Source of the DNA: Octopus sinensis | Lineage: Eukaryota | Direction: 5' to 3' | Assembly (NCBI RefSeq): GCF_006345805.1 | Contig: NW_021832273.1 | Span: 62,001-126,000 of the forward strand | Length of the DNA: 64,000 bases | Part shown: positions 27,468 through 41,689 of the stretch, in pieces | Layout: each line of letters opens with the position of its first letter | How positions within the stretch are numbered: position 1 is the stretch's first letter | Program-made: the position numbers and the translations under genes | The notes under the pieces: model-generated | Databases searched by the model: none | What the model saw: the letters and a program-made list of their open reading frames with translations, nothing else | Told to the model about the DNA's origin: nothing

Positions 27468-28165
27468 TCACTGCTTACCGAAACCAGAAAATCCCATGAT
27501 TTTGGCGACATCGGGTTCCTCAATTTCATCGGGGGCATTGACCGTGCGTTTACCAAAGGAGGAGAAGCCGAGGACAGAAGCAATATACGCCCCATCTGCA
27601 TCAACTTCCACTGCTCTCTTCTTCTTGTCCTTCATCTCCTTCCTCCTCTCCTTCCTATTCTCCTTCCTCTTCTCCTTCTCCTCTAACAACACTGCCAGTC
27701 GTTCATGGATGTCGTACTCGGGGACATGCCTCGACATCCGATTGGCCTCGATTCGCTCACGCACTTGGGAGACGGTCGACTTTTCCACCTTCATCGACAT
27801 TCCCAGGTTCTTCTGGTCTGCAAAGGTCACATTTGAGGAATACGCTTTTTTCCGTTGATGTGGTCGAGGTAGTTGGTCGAGTCCTTTATCAGGCAGTCAC
27901 AGACCTCGCAAAAATATCTGCGTGTTTCACTTTTAGTACCCTGGTTGGGAAGAGGTGGGTGCCGAGGCTGTCACCATACGGATTTTCCCTAATTTGGAGT
28001 CCAAATCAGGCTGTTAGGGTCAGTCATGTTCATTACCTTCAAATCTCTTTGCTTTAGGGATTCCGCTGCTGTTTTCTCTGGCTTTTTTGTGTTTGTTTTG
28101 CTTAAATATTTTGCGTATTCAGATAGACTTTTTGTGTGTTTTAAAGTGTAGTTTTTATCAGCCAT
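27468..28165 (-). CDS. ZMAT2: Zinc finger matrin-type protein 2 / SNU23, 4 exons (introns 28011-28036, 27918-27939, 27818-27843)
   Basis: The spliced 624-nt frame gives [13 protein letters not shown]...[40 protein letters not shown]...MGFSGFG. Confidence 0.95.
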
Positions 28166-29984
28166 CAAACACAATAAACCAGAAGCGAATTTGGGAAACA
28201 ATAAATTATTTTGTTTATATTTTAAATTTAATTGTTAATTTATATATTTCAAACTAGAAAATATTCAAACATCATCAGCAATTGACATAGAAGATTTGTT
28301 TGTTTGTATTTCTCAACACTTTTCTTTTTAATGACCCACAAGTTGTTATCATAGGTGAAACTCAGGAACAAATAACAGTCATAACTAGCGATTCGAAGGC
28401 AGCAACAGTGGGTGGGTTTGTGTGTGCTGATCAACATAGACCTCCAAATCTTCATTATATACACTTTGCTTGGAACTTGAATTTTTTGATTTAATCAGAT
28501 TTAATCTTTAAATTACCTAAACAGTTATTTTTATGTAACCGTTAATTATACCTTTGAAGTAATTAATTGATTTGTTTAAATAAGCACAACCTTCTCCTCA
28601 TAGAGGGATCAGTGTGCGTATGAGAGGCTTATTAAGTCCAAAAAACCTAAAATCAACTGAAAGACCTTTTTAATGTGAACATTAAGGTAATCTGTTATCT
28701 TAGCATAGTTGTGCAATGTTAGGAGTTATTGTTGACAAATGTATCTTTATATCATGTGAAGCATTAAGTTTATTTCTACATTTTGTTTTGGCTAAAGTGA
28801 AAACCCTTACTCGCATAAATAAAATGAAATATTTTTTGACACCAGAACATAGCAGGGGTCCCCGGAACCCAGGTTGGGAACAACTGGTATGAATAGTCAT
28901 AAAGGGAGAATACAAAAGAATTCTATCCAAATCCGCTATGAAATACGAATCATTTGAGAAAAGCAATACATTCTCGAATTGAGAAAACTATACAGCAAAG
29001 ACAATTGGTATTTTAAATTTAATAGAAACTTCTATAAGATTAGAATGTTTTCTTTATCTCACGGTTAGTATCCTTCCCCTTAGGACAAAAAGTCTTATTT
29101 TCACATTTTTTCAATCTCGACTTGCAGTAAATTTTTCTTTATCCCATTTCAATCAAAAAATTGCGATTTCTTATCTTGTCGAAAAAAATAGGCTTGCAAC
29201 TCCTTATTCGAAAGTGCTTTGGTCTCTTTAATAAAACATTTTTTCACATCTAGTGGCACTGAGGTTGACCGTCTTTTTCTAACTCATGCAGTGGGAACAC
29301 ATTGAGTTTTCTACAAAGAATAAATTTCTGTTTTGCACAAGATTCGGGCATTTCATCAATTCGGGTGCGATTAATGAAGCTGGACCCTCAACCACGTCTA
29401 TATAATTTTATTCTTTGTGTTCCTCCAAAACTTTGACTAGTTCATCACACACGAGTGTTAATTACTGACTTGTTCCATAACAAACCGTGATTTTTTAATC
29501 AAAGTAGCAGGTCAATTGTGTCAATTGAGGAAAAAAAGTTAACATAAATTAAGATTAGCCATTGGCCGCACCGCGGATTGCAAGCGAATTACTTTGCAGG
29601 ATTGCTATCGATACTTTAAGGACCTTATTATGTAAGTCTGGGACATCGTAGTTGTTTATTTTAACCAAAATGTATAAAATACTTTTAATTTTTTTGGCGG
29701 GAAGGTTTAAAGTACCTTATCATGTTAGTAGAGGACATTTTTGTTCATTTTAAGCAAAATCCAGAAAATATTTTTGTCGATTTCTTGGCGGAAAGGTTTT
29801 AAGGACCTCATCGTTGAAGATATTCTCGAGAATATTTTTGGCGATTTTATTTTTTAGTACATTTTTCCTCGATAATTTCCAAATTTGGAAATTATAAAAC
29901 CCCACTATGGGGCACTTTACTAATTTATTTTAATATTATTACATAATACTTTTAAAAAACTTGATACTGTAGTCAGTAGTGTTG

Positions 29985-30547
29985 TGTCATCATCGAGAAC
30001 TACTGGCAGCACTACTCCAAGCTATGTGACCCCAATTCTTTCCTTAAGAGACTCAGAGACCACATGTTGTTGGCCTATGTTAAGGAATTGTACCCCAAGA
30101 GTGACATATTTGAGTTGGAAAAACAGGACTGTGCGGCCAGAAGCAGTGGGGATGGTCCAGTCTGATGTTGACAAGTTCGAGAGGTTGTTTGCGAGGCTGG
30201 ACGGGGGGAAAGGACTTCCTCTTCTTTCCAGTTTTTGAATGACTTGGTGAGACTGTTAAAGCAGGAGGACAGGTTCATAGAGATCACAGTTATGTCGTGT
30301 GTTATGTGTTTATTGACAAGTGTCCATTCGCGAGGACTTTAATAAGTCTGCTGTCAGGGATACTAGGGTCCGTAATAATAAACCCTACATGTTTGTCTGC
30401 GACAAGGCTCGGAACATCATTACGCACATCCAAGTTTGGATTACTTCTCAACAATCTATGAAGCATGTGAAATTCAAGAAATTACATAAATACGATCTCT
30501 TGGCAGGCGAATTTAAATTAATCCACAATGCGAAAATGAACCATTGA
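29985..30547 (+). CDS. Probable host gene with micro-introns, unassigned
   Basis: GC-richer island with overlapping open frames (RLRDHMLLAYVKELYPKSDIFELEK; VDKFERLFARLDG; NKPYMFVCDKARNII) and a 23-nt GT..AG candidate (GTGACCCCAATTCTTTCCTTAAG). Confidence 0.35.
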
Positions 30548-30659
30548 TTCTCACATGAGACGGAATAGTGGAACCTGTCAAGCACAAGAACCCTGTATTC
30601 CGGCCCATGAGTCTGGCAAAAAGAGGCGAATCAGAAGTAAAGAGGAGGAAGCTGGAATC

Positions 30660-30960
30660 AATATTATCTGGATAAAATATTATTACTATTAATAAGTTAT
30701 TTAATGTTAAAAACAGGCCGAATCGACGAGGCCCAACAAAGGGCTCACAGATTAACCAAACGTTGGTCGCACGGTAACAAACGCCCCGGACCGGCCCCTC
30801 TGGAGGACCTGATTAAGCAGAACTTTAGTTTTTGTGCCAATGCCGGAGCGAAAGCGGCTAGCCACCTGGTGTGTTCTTGTTTGGGCCCGTAGAAAGATCT
30901 ACAAGCGAGAATGAGGTTCCTGGTTGAATGCACCGGGATCACTTGACTTGCGTTCAGATT
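30660..30960 (-). mobile_element. LINE 3' fragment
   Basis: TRNLILACRSFY...WLAAF resembles a Jockey/I RT C-terminus, followed by a UTR and A-rich end. Confidence 0.45.
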
Positions 30961-31099
30961 TTAGCGTCGTCTTGGTGTTTTAATTATAATAATGGAAACA
31001 AAATTCTCCACACCTTTATATCAGAAACATCCCCAAATCATTAATCTTACTTCTCCATACTTTACGGTTAGAACAATAATGCATTTTTAAAAGGCATAT

Positions 31100-31430
31100 C
31101 CATTTTCACGATAAACGATTTGACATTTTTCAATATTAAAGACATCAAACATTGCTTTTTCTGAAAAATGACTGTTTTCCATATGCCATCAGAGATGCTG
31201 CATGCAACCATCTCGATTTAACATTTTTTACTATCAACAATGGTTTACATTTTGCAACTCGATCATAAAGACGACCTCTTTTCACAATTCTACCAATTGT
31301 TCGAGGGGGAATGGCAATATTGAATCGATCTTTATAAATAGAGATACAGCAGACATGCATACCTCGATATCACACATAAGTCATTGGAATGGTCGTTTGC
31401 CAGATATGTGGACGTCCTGACCCAACTTTT
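31100..31430 (-). mobile_element. Tc1 remnant
   Basis: RTIGRIVKRGRLYDRVAKCKPLL..NVKSR fits the Tc1 HTH/NLS region. Confidence 0.65.
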
Positions 31431-31559
31431 GATAGATCCCGTATTGCATATTTCTTAGTTACAAAGTCATCAGTTAATCTCGGAATATTCAATAGTAGAT
31501 CTCATTTGATGCTGCAAAAGCTCCTGCTAGAAGGGAGCACATCAGCAACATAGTCCCCT

Positions 31560-31900
31560 TGAAAATCATCGCTGTCATTCCTCGAGGTGAAAACCGACTC
31601 CTTCTGGCTAAAAGTAGGAGGCTTATATTCCAAAAACATCTCCCTCTGCACCAGTTTGATAGACGAATTTTTCTCAAGAACTCCTCACTGTCTTTTCGTT
31701 GACAAATACATCGAACTTGTCAGTGACCTGGGGCTCACAATTCACGCTAATTCGGGTTACTGCCTGCATGTCAAGAAAAAGAGAGCCATCGCTGCTCTCC
31801 GCCTCTTAAGAAGCATACATCTGGATCCAAGGACTTTTCTCTTCATATTCATATTCCATCATATGAAGCCAATATCTAAACATCTCTTTAGTTATCCATG
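31560..31900 (+). mobile_element. Internally deleted Jockey/I-like fragment (APE joined to RT C-terminus)
   Basis: KTDSFWLKVGGLYSK matches the 37.9 kb APE; RAIAALRLLRSIHLDPRTFLF matches the family C C-terminus (FHLSPDTFLF). Confidence 0.7.
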
Positions 31901-32564
31901 CATTTTTAGTCGCTATACATAATGGAATATTGCTCCTTCAAACACACGACCTTCTACATGTAAATCACAACCAACCTCCTTAATGGAAGGAACAACTGCA
32001 ACTCTTAATCGAGCACTACCTTCCAATATCCGATCCAATGACCTATCAGAAGATAGTCTGGCTGGATTAGGAGGTAAAGAAACTACAGACATAAGACGAG
32101 CGGGACAACAATCGTTTTCCATTGCATTGAATGTACCACTCGATCAAGCAATCCGTTCAATTTCAGCTTCAATTACCTCTACTTTGAGAAGGAAAAGAGA
32201 ATTGCTTTCCAAAACAGCCGAGTGGGAACGAAACAGAGAATGCATACAATTCTCCAAAAGAGTATTGCGCGAACTCAGTGGGTCAGCACAATTATTGTGA
32301 GGAGGCTGAGGCGAATTGAAATTAGTCGCATTTAGTTTAGTCTCCATTATAGACAAACCAAGATGTATTTCACTCAGATGAGAGTGTTGATGAGTCACGG
32401 ACTGTTGAATAAAATTATTGACGCAGAAAGATAAAATGAAAGAAAGTTTATAGAAAATTCTTCTTCCAAGCGAAGAAGAGAAATCACTGAAAATCTAGAT
32501 TTTTAATTAGATAATTTAAAATAGGCTTGCACTTTGGAAACACAATTTCTCTGAAGTTCCTTCC

Positions 32565-32850
32565 GGTGTCTTTTTTTAGCGGGATTGGGACAAAATTCTT
32601 TGGCGTCGATTTTCAACTGACTTGAACCACTCTTCGACCAACACAGACTGGCTTGTTTCCGTTCCGCCTGTCAGCCATACTCAGGCTCTTGGCTGAATGT
32701 ATTCCCTTCTCCGCTTTTAATAAATCTTAGTTTGAGGCTGAGAGGTGAGCGTTGTGCGGGACTGAAAAGACAGGAATGCTGAAGGTCCTTATCTAACCTC
32801 TACTAACAGCTTCTTTTTAAATAAATATTTTTCTTCAATCATTTCCAGTT
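32565..32850 (+). mobile_element. CRE fragment followed by a family-A LINE 3' UTR
   Basis: LFDQHRLACFRSACQPYSGSWLNVFP is CRE; GAGAGGTGAGCG...GAAAAGACAGGAATGCTGAAGGTCC...CTAACAGC matches 58021-58092. Confidence 0.75.
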
Positions 32851-33049
32851 TTCCGACAAATTTCAAATACAGAGCTTTTTATTTTTGATATAAAAATGCA
32901 GAAATCAGACTTTTTCGTTGTTCGGAGAAATTGGCAATTAACATACAGACCTGAATTCACAAATCAAATTTTCTATTTATAAGGGCTGCAAATTTTTTTT
33001 ATATAGCGTAATGAAATTAAAAAATGTAAGAATTTATTAACTACTTAAT

Positions 33050-36000
33050 CTATTTTCAAAATCTGCCTGAATCTGACCGCAGCAACTGACTTAGATAAAC
33101 ATCCGTTAGTCTATTGCGGTATCTGTTCTTAATTCTAGCTATTTTGCTGAAAATGGATTTGTATGCTTACGTTGATCCGAAAATTGAAGCATTCATATAT
33201 GCATTATTCACAAGATTCCTAAATTTTTTTTTATGTAGACATTGGTAAAATTCTAAGAAAAGTATTATAAAATAAGGCACTTAATTCTAAATTAGTTTTC
33301 AAATCACTTAATTCCATTTGGAATCGTACAGGACATTTTCTAATTTTGACATCATAAGATGTCGCAAATATTTTCATTATGGATAAGTTTTCTTTAAAAT
33401 TCTATATTTTATTATATTTGTAATTTAGCCCCAAAGCGGCACTCAAATTGATAAATTAAGTCGCCAATTATTGATATATAATTTTTATACGATGCGCTTT
33501 CCTTATTTTCCGAGAGCATAGGAAAAAGCAAAGAATGTCTATTTGAAAGTTGAATCTTCCACAAATATAGTTTTTTGAATAAAGAGGATATAAATCCATA
33601 TAATTGATAGCAAAGCTTGTCTTTTTCTTGTAAATCAATGTTCAAATCCGAAATATGTAATGAAAAATCAACAAAAAATTAAAAGGCTGCAACCTATTTT
33701 GATTATTCAGTTCGAAGATATTGTTGTTTATGAGAATAAACTCTTTTATTTCAGAATGCAATTTATAAAACCTACAAATAATTTATAATTATCATATAGC
33801 TTTTTAAACATACAGAACGACTTAACCATCTAACTGCAGTATAAAGAATAACATCTCCACAATCGGCATCAATATCATTTATAAAAGATTTGAAGTTTTG
33901 ATGATTGAGGGCGTTTGTCCTTATCCAATTAACAACGATTTTGGAACATTTTCCATTTTTATTGTTTTTGTAATTTAATTTTCCTGATGAATAACACAAT
34001 GATGATGCGGGAAAGACCATAATCGATGACCAAGAATCAGCAAACAAAATTGCAGCCTTTTACAAAGGACGACTAAATATCAATGACCACCTGGAACCAT
34101 TCGAAGGAACACCCAGAGGACTTAATAAAGACATCATCCGCTATGAAGTCCTTTCAGCCTTGAGCAAGCTGAAAAATGGCAGAGCTTCGGGACCAGACAA
34201 CGTGACTGCAGAGTTATTAAAATACGCGCCGGACAGAGTGGTTGAGTTGATCTGCACAGTGCTGAACAGGACGTTCAAATGTCACAGCCCATTTGATGCG
34301 GGGAATGCCACCTTAATCCCAATCCAGAAACCTGGAAAGGAGAAAGGAAATCTAAACAGCCTACGCCCGGTTACGCTAATGAATACGCTGAGGAAAATAC
34401 TTTCCCTTGTTGTGCTAGATCGTATTTCAGGACCTGTAAATAAGTTCCTAAACCCGAGTCAGAGTGGATTCAGACCTGGAAGGTCGACAGCAGACGTAGT
34501 ATGGAGCCACAGATGGCTGTGTGCAATGTGCCAGAAACACAAAGAAGAAATCTCAATCCTTGGAATTGATCTATCCCGTGCTTTCGATACAATCAACCGC
34601 AAAAAGCTGATGCATGTATTGGAAGACATCCTAGATGGGGATGCATTACGTATGATCAGATTCTTACTCGCCAACACATCGCTATCCGTGCGTGTGGGAA
34701 ATTATACCTCGATAAAGTTCAAAACCGACACTGGCGTACCTCAGGGCGACTCGTTATCTCCGGTTCTATTCATAATCTACCTGGAGGCAGCCCTAAGACC
34801 TCTTCGGAGGAATAAATGCTTTACCAACGTGATGGAAGTAATTTACGCCGACGATATTGATTTCGTCTCCCGAGATCAGGACTCACTGGAAAACTTATTA
34901 AAAGTGATCCCTTATTCGTTGAAGGACTGGTCCCTTGTAATAAACCCGGACAAAACGGAAAGAACTACCATATCCCGCCTGGGGACGAGAAACGAGGAGA
35001 AGTGGAGAACATGCAAGAAAGTTGGATCTCTCCTTGGGGACTCGGAGGACGTTATTCGAAGGAAAGTGCTGGCTGTTGCATCCTTCAAAAAAATGTGGAC
35101 GATCTGGATGAGGCGCAAGTACATAGGAACCCGCCTTCGAATTCGGCTGTACAACTCCTTTGTCGAACCAATCTTGCTTTACAACGCGGGGACCTGGGGC
35201 CTAACCGCTAAAGAACTGGAGCAGCTCAACTCTTTCCACAGAAAACAACTACGACTACTCCTGGGAATTCACTGGCCAAAAAAGATGACCAATAATGAAC
35301 TCTACAGAATCACCCATACATCTGAGATTGCAAAGAAAGTGATGTTAGCGAAGTGGATGCTTTTTGGACATGTCCTAAGAGCCTCGGAAATGACGCCGGC
35401 CAATCAGAGCTGGAATCCTACTTCTGCTCATTAAATAAAACGGCATACAGGGGCTGACAAAGAACAACATTACCGACTACGCTCGACCATGATCTCACGT
35501 CGATTGGAAGGAAACTGAAATCGGCCGATGATCTGGACGAACTGAGATGCCTCGCACGTAACAGGGGAGCGTGGATACGACTAACAGAGCGTATCCTGAG
35601 TCGGATGGCATAAGTGGAATCTTAATTAACTTTTTGATTCCGCGAGATTGCGTTAATAATACTAATAATAACACAATGATGCTATATACCTCTTATAAAC
35701 AAAGATGTGGCGCCACATCCAAAAAATGATGATTGTTTTGCATATTCAGATTAAAAAAATTTACTCTTTATTTCCTACAATCGTCTTTCTAGAAACGCCT
35801 ATCATAAATTGATTTGTATAGATTTTTGTTAAACAAATTTGGCACGTGGATATTTCAGAAATACAATCTCCTTGCAAATTAATTGTCAATTCTCTATGAA
35901 ACAGAAATAAATATTATTATCGCAGTCTTTATTTCAGATATCTGGACCATCATTGAGATATCCCTTCTGGTATTTACACTGTTTATAAGCTACTAGGTAG

Positions 36001-36080
36001 AATTGTGTTTTAATTAAAATTATCTTAATTTTTAGTTACCCAATTATTAATAGAAAACCTAATAAATTGTGGCACGTGTG
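33050..36080 (-). mobile_element. Degenerate hAT (SPIN-like) interrupted by an RTE insertion
   Basis: GDVILYTAVRWLSR and LQEKDKL..LYLWKIQL motifs lie on both sides of the RTE; ends not defined. Confidence 0.75.
34005..35666 (+). mobile_element. 5'-truncated RTE-like LINE with 424-aa RT ORF and 15-bp TSD
   Basis: ORF 34160-35434 (GPD, SGFRPGRST, GVPQGDSLSP, YADD); (TAA)-type tail; AATAACACAATGATG at 33990-34004 and 35667-35681. Confidence 0.95.
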
Positions 36081-36569
36081 AGCACTCTTTTGACATACCT
36101 TGTTGTCCGTTACATTATTTGGTCGATCTTAATTTTTTTATATAATTGGATTCAGAAGGGATAATTCGGGATGTAGTTTCTTTTAATGGTTAAATTATCT
36201 GAAATTTCATCATTTTGTAATATTTGCGAGTTTATTCTTTCAATATGTTTACATCGCTTATTTGAAATCTTCTAATTTATCTTTATTCATTGAATTTCAC
36301 CTTATTTTTGATAGAAAGTTCTATTCTTTATATTCTTACGTCAAACTTTTATTTATTTGTTCACGGATTTGGCGATCTGGTATTTTAGCGCCCTAAAATC
36401 TAAAATGATCAATTTCTACAAAATTTTAATCATTATTGTTATATTTTTTCTATTTCTAAACTTTTTTTAAACTGAACATGAATTTAATTATTGTTATATT
36501 ATTTTTATAAATTATTATGTCACAGGCCTAGGGTGTTACCGAGCCTAGGTGGTTATACTTTTGGACTTT

Positions 36570-39385
36570 TATTGTAAAGAACAAGAGACTGGTACAGAAA
36601 TATTTTTGACGTCTATACAACAAGATGGTTGCTCGAGGCACTCGAACTCTTCTGAGAAACGTCTATAGCTGTCCGGGAAAAGCTGGGCGGTTACTAGTCC
36701 TGATCGATAAACAGGTCGGTTACTTGAGATCTTCTATGGAAAGACCGGATAGATTTCTCAGTGAGCTGCATCGGTATTTTGTCGTGGCCTGGTGGGTTGC
36801 CTTTTGACGAACGGATGGCCCAGGTCACCTCTGGAGTGGTGATCGGGTGATGTTCCGACGACAGTGCTGCGGTGGTGGCTCCGACTCCGTGCCTTGCGGC
36901 GTTATCGGATTGGTTTCCTGGATAATAGCCAGGTGTTCTGCGAAAATGTTCGGGATTTCTTGTAGCGAAGCGGACATACCAGATTTATTGCACAGCCTCG
37001 GGGGTGAGGATTTTCCTTCAAGGTTAGCCACTTTGCGGAAACAGTCCCAGAAATTTGGGTTTCTGTAGTCTAAGTTTTGACAAGCCTTCTGCCATTTCCT
37101 GGCTGTTTCCAGCTTTGTCACGACTTGGACTTCATAGCCAATTTTTGAGATCATGTTTTTAAGTCTCCCCCTGTCAGTGGGGTCAACACAGCGTTTGAGT
37201 TTGTTTCTCAGCCGCTTTCTCTCGTTGAGGAGGAGTTTCACTTTCGTGCTTGGAGTGGATCTTCGTGGGCGGTCAGCACATGGCACTGTTCCGTACGATG
37301 TTAAATAGAAGAATGGTTTATTTAATACAATAGCTCCAAAAGAAAAGTGGCCGAGGAATTAGAGCTTACGATGTTAAATAATGGAGCATGAAATTGGTTA
37401 ACTCATCGCTTGCATAGTCGATGTCGCTGGCAGTGTTATAGCCAGTAGGGCGAGTGTTCACATGTGGGAAAGCACTCATGGAGCTTCTGTAGTGTCGCCA
37501 GTTGATCCTTGAGAGACTGTAGCGTGTGGATATGCGTTCTTGTTTAACAGTGCTAGTGTGAATTTTGATTTTGATTGTTTCGCTTGTGACACGGAAGGTG
37601 ATCGCTGCCGATATCGTCAAGCACTGTAGGCTTTTCCATAATGTTAGCGATCGAGTGAGAATAAATGCACAGGCATAGGTTGTCTTCGCCGAAGGGCGAT
37701 TGGTGTTCGGGTCTTCAGATGTTCTCACGAAAACACCAAGTTTGTCAGTGATCTTCTTCAGTGTTCGACATCCAAACGCCGTATGCTTCGAGTTTAAGTT
37801 TCCGATAAGAAGGCAGTGAGCGATGTTTGAGAAGAAATCGTCAATCAGACTGGTGCATGGCGGAAGATATTTGCAGTATATTCCACCGACCTTTAGCCTG
37901 AAAGATTCGGTTTTCACCTCAAGGGGGAGAAATTCACATAGTGTCCCCTCGATGATAGTGAGGTTACGGACTTGGAGTTTTTCGCAGTAGAAGATGCTCG
38001 AGCCAGTCCCAGGCGTAGAGCTGACCGGTAGCCTGGGAGCTGGTAAGAGTCATCTTCCTTGAGCTTCGACTCGTTGACGATAATAATGTCTGGATGGCCG
38101 CTGTTCACCATCTCAACGAAGTCGTGATGCCGTCTCTTGATAGATCGGGCATTCACAGCGATTATATTGATAGTGGCTATGTTGCTGAATTGTTCCCTTC
38201 TAGAAGGAGCTCTTACAGAATATTCATGTCCACTCAAAGTTTGGTCAGGGCTCCTACACAACGGCGGAAGAATTCCAGTAGGGCATCTCTGTTGTGTAGG
38301 TCATGATCCGAGTGGGGACCTCGTTGTGGCAAAGCTTTGTCATGGCGGGTTTCTGCTTTCTTATGGGGGACAGCCGAGCGGACGACTTGTGTGTTTTGGA
38401 CCTCGAGCTTGTGAGTGTGCTGGAGACCGGCGACGTCTGAATATAGACATCGACTTTGGACGGACTTGAGGGAGACCCTTTTGTCCAGACTGATTCTGTG
38501 GGATTGGCTTTTACCCAGCGGACTGGGCTTTTGGCTTGTGGGTTCTTCGCAACCCTTGAGGCTGCTGTTGCTGCTTTAGCAGACGGACATCCACCGTAGC
38601 ATGCCAAGTGCCCAGTGTTCTTGCAGTTAATGCAAGTTTTTGCAGCTGGGACGCTCGGTATCGCCTTCGAACTCGGGCAGTTTTGGTGCCTGTGTTCTTT
38701 ACCGCAGAGGAGACAACGGAGTTTGGGGGCTTGTGCCATTCGCAGCGGATATGGCTGAAGCCCGCAATTATTCCAAAACGGATGAGGGTGTTGGCCTCGG
38801 CTCTGGAATCCAGCGTGAGTCTGCCGACAGGCATGTCGGTTCCATTGGGAGAGAATCTTTCGAACTTGAAGTCCGATTCTAGACTTTCTCTCAGGTGGAG
38901 GTTAAGATCCTCTGCCGAGATCCAATGAGGGATTCCTTTAAGGACCAAGACTGAGGCTTTCTCAGCTACTGAGGCAAGTTTATGGCCGCCTTCGCCAAAC
39001 ATATTCGATTGAGACAGCTCTGCTTTGAAAGCAGCAGCATCCTCGGGGGATCGGAATTTTAGGATGAACGTGCCGGACTTCTGCAAAGTTATCCGGGCTT
39101 TGGAAGCAGTTGGCGACTTGGATAGGAGGTCTTGATCCTCTTGATCTTTCCAAGTGCCGGGTTTTCGATACTCAAAGTATATGTGAGGCTTGAGGTGTTA
39201 GGCTCAGTTTTCGTCTGATGGGATTGGGTCTCACTGTGTTTTTGAGGCACAGTGAGACTTCGGAGGTTCTGTGGGATCTTCAGCTTTGATGGGTTCGCAA
39301 AAAGGCTGTGGCTTTATCGCTGTTCGTTTTTGAACTTTGGAGCAAGCTTTAACTGATGAGAGATTTTGATTTTTCTTGACCATGA
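36570..39385 (-). mobile_element. Family-B LINE: gag-like ORF1, APE and linker, RT core deleted
   Basis: ORF1 is closely similar to 58197-59464; it continues into APE (NARSIK..DIIIVNESKL, IGNLNSKH) and the linker (W..AC..LD...PNFW), then jumps to the C-terminus/3' UTR. Confidence 0.9.
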
Positions 39386-40049
39386 ACAATCAATCAATCA
39401 AATGATTTTTTTTCAAATGAAACAAATAACTATAAGAACAGCCATTAATAACATGAACAAAGTTGAGAAAAATGTAATATGTTGCTGGATTTTCAGAAAG
39501 ATTTTTATGATTTGGAAAAAAAATTTATACGCAATTTAAAATTAAAAAATTACTCATTATTTTAAACAATTTTTGTTTTCCGTTAAATTCCAAGGTTTAT
39601 AATCAACAGAGTATAGTTATGTACACAAAAATAGTAAATTTTTATACGATTTTTGAAGCAACCTCTGTTTTTGAACGATTAATGTTCCAAACGAAGATTA
39701 GACTGTGACAATAAATTTTTACAATAATGTCTTGCAATTCATTCTTTTTAAAATTCCCTCTAGTCAAACAAAATTGGAAATAACTGTTGATGGCAGTAAC
39801 GCTCTCCTCAATCAATTCTGTCCATTACTCTGTACGTCCATTCGTACTCCCGCACTTGTTTCAGTTTGTTGCGGACATGATTCAGGAGAGCCTCTCTATA
39901 CTGCACATAACCAAGTTTCTTATATTCCAGAAAGTCCTTTAAATTCATTATTTTCGAATCACCCTATATGTAGAGCAGTTTATAGAATTAATTTATAAAA
40001 GTAAAATTGCCACAACCATTAACTGAAAGATAAAATATTTAATCAAGAC

Positions 40050-40622
40050 GGAAAATAGGAAGATGGGGACGAAAACTATTGATGTCACGTTGAACGGAAT
40101 TCCAATACCACAAAAGAAAACACAGAAGATATTGGGAGTAACGCTCGATACTTTCCTCTGTTTTTCACCTCAAGTAGAATCGAGGGTTTCAACCTGTATA
40201 AAGAAGATCAATTTTGTAAAAGCCTTCCTTTGGAACTGTGGGAGAACTTATCCGCCAGGGGTAGAGACCCTTTACAAGCAGTATATCGAGCCAACAATAG
40301 GGTATGCATGTGCTGCTTGGGGCTGTAACCTGGCGGCAACGAACCGGCTAAAAATAGAAAAAATTCAAGAAAGATCTATCAACCTACTGAAGGACCATAT
40401 CGATAGGGAAATTGTCCATAGAACACTGGAGTCTCTCGTAGAGGCAAATGGGGGGATCGTGGAAATGGACCACAAACCATTCACCGTACATACAGAAAGT
40501 GTGTGGGGTCACGGTCGGAACATCGTGAAAAGATGGTTCGACTGTTGAGAAGTGTCGGAATCACCTGAACGTGTTGGTTAATGGTTAAGACGGTGATTTT
40601 GTTTGGCTTAAATAATAATAAT
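40050..40622 (+). mobile_element. Family-E LINE 3' fragment (second copy of 19.8-20.4 kb)
   Basis: High nucleotide similarity to 19825-20375 including the 3' UTR and (TAA)n tail. Confidence 0.9.
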
Positions 40623-41689
40623 TCACAGTTAAGACATAATCAATAAAATCCAAAGTATCCGCCAACACGGAAAAGATTCCCATGGAATCATTATGGTAGG
40701 ATTTTCAACAGTCACGTCGGCCTCTGAATATTAGTATTATTAGCAAATACAGGTTTCGAAACTTATGCTGTTAAGGTAGCCAAAATAATTCTCAACTTAG
40801 GCACACTAAAAATACAAAAATATCCTTTTCGTCGTGCAAATCGACGCAACTTGTATTCTTTCACTAAAAAGACATAGAACAAATCATGGTCTCCCTTCCC
40901 ACCAGTATTTGATTTCAAATTGTTCCTTAATACAATGAAGAATCTTTCCACCGAGCTTTATCACTAACAAGCATCCTAAGAGTCATCCTTACTCTTAGCT
41001 GCTGTCGAGTAGATATAATATCTAAAAAATGCAAAGCAGGGGCACGCTAAAGAGAACTCCCAAAAATCAGTCCTCAAAGTAGAAAGTAAAGATTAAAAAT
41101 CGGCAGTTCTGGATTAGGCTGATCGATTCTGCACACACCCAAATCCACCAACAACTGGACAACCCAGGACGAGGAGGGACGTCGAAGTTGTTCAGAGACA
41201 CGCAGGAAAATGTTCTGAAAAGACCGAGAAGAGTCTTGAAATAGCAATAAATAAATACTTGGATTGTGTCAGAACACGACATTGTTCCCTCGTGCTCACT
41301 GCCCTTCTCATTTATTAAATTGGTCTATCGGTTGAAAAGAAGGGATACTATCGACAATATCAACGTGGAATATAGTTCTTCCTGATCGGCCAACTCTTTC
41401 TTAGCAATTTCTATTTTGCTGTCGAAGGATGATTCATTGAGGGAGTTGTAGAGTGACTCAAACCTCAAATGGTCGTCGGCATGTCAAAATTAATATTAAA
41501 ATATTATTACATTTTATATTCAGAATTTAAAATATTTATGAGATCCTGTTTTTGTTTAATGTGAAAATTCAGTTGATTGTTGGTCTGTGTATCATCATCT
41601 ACATCCGACATAACCCGATCTTATTAACAAATTTAAATACCTAAAAAATATACCATTATTTTATTACTTTTAAAGCATTTAACAGTGCT

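Noticed and set aside
31913-32398. Host gene in long open frames on both strands
   Set aside because: No recognisable motif, an internal stop on the minus strand and no resolvable splice model; left unannotated.
36519-36560. LTR start (TGTCACAG with CCTAGG palindromes)
   Set aside because: No second LTR, PBS or PPT was found.
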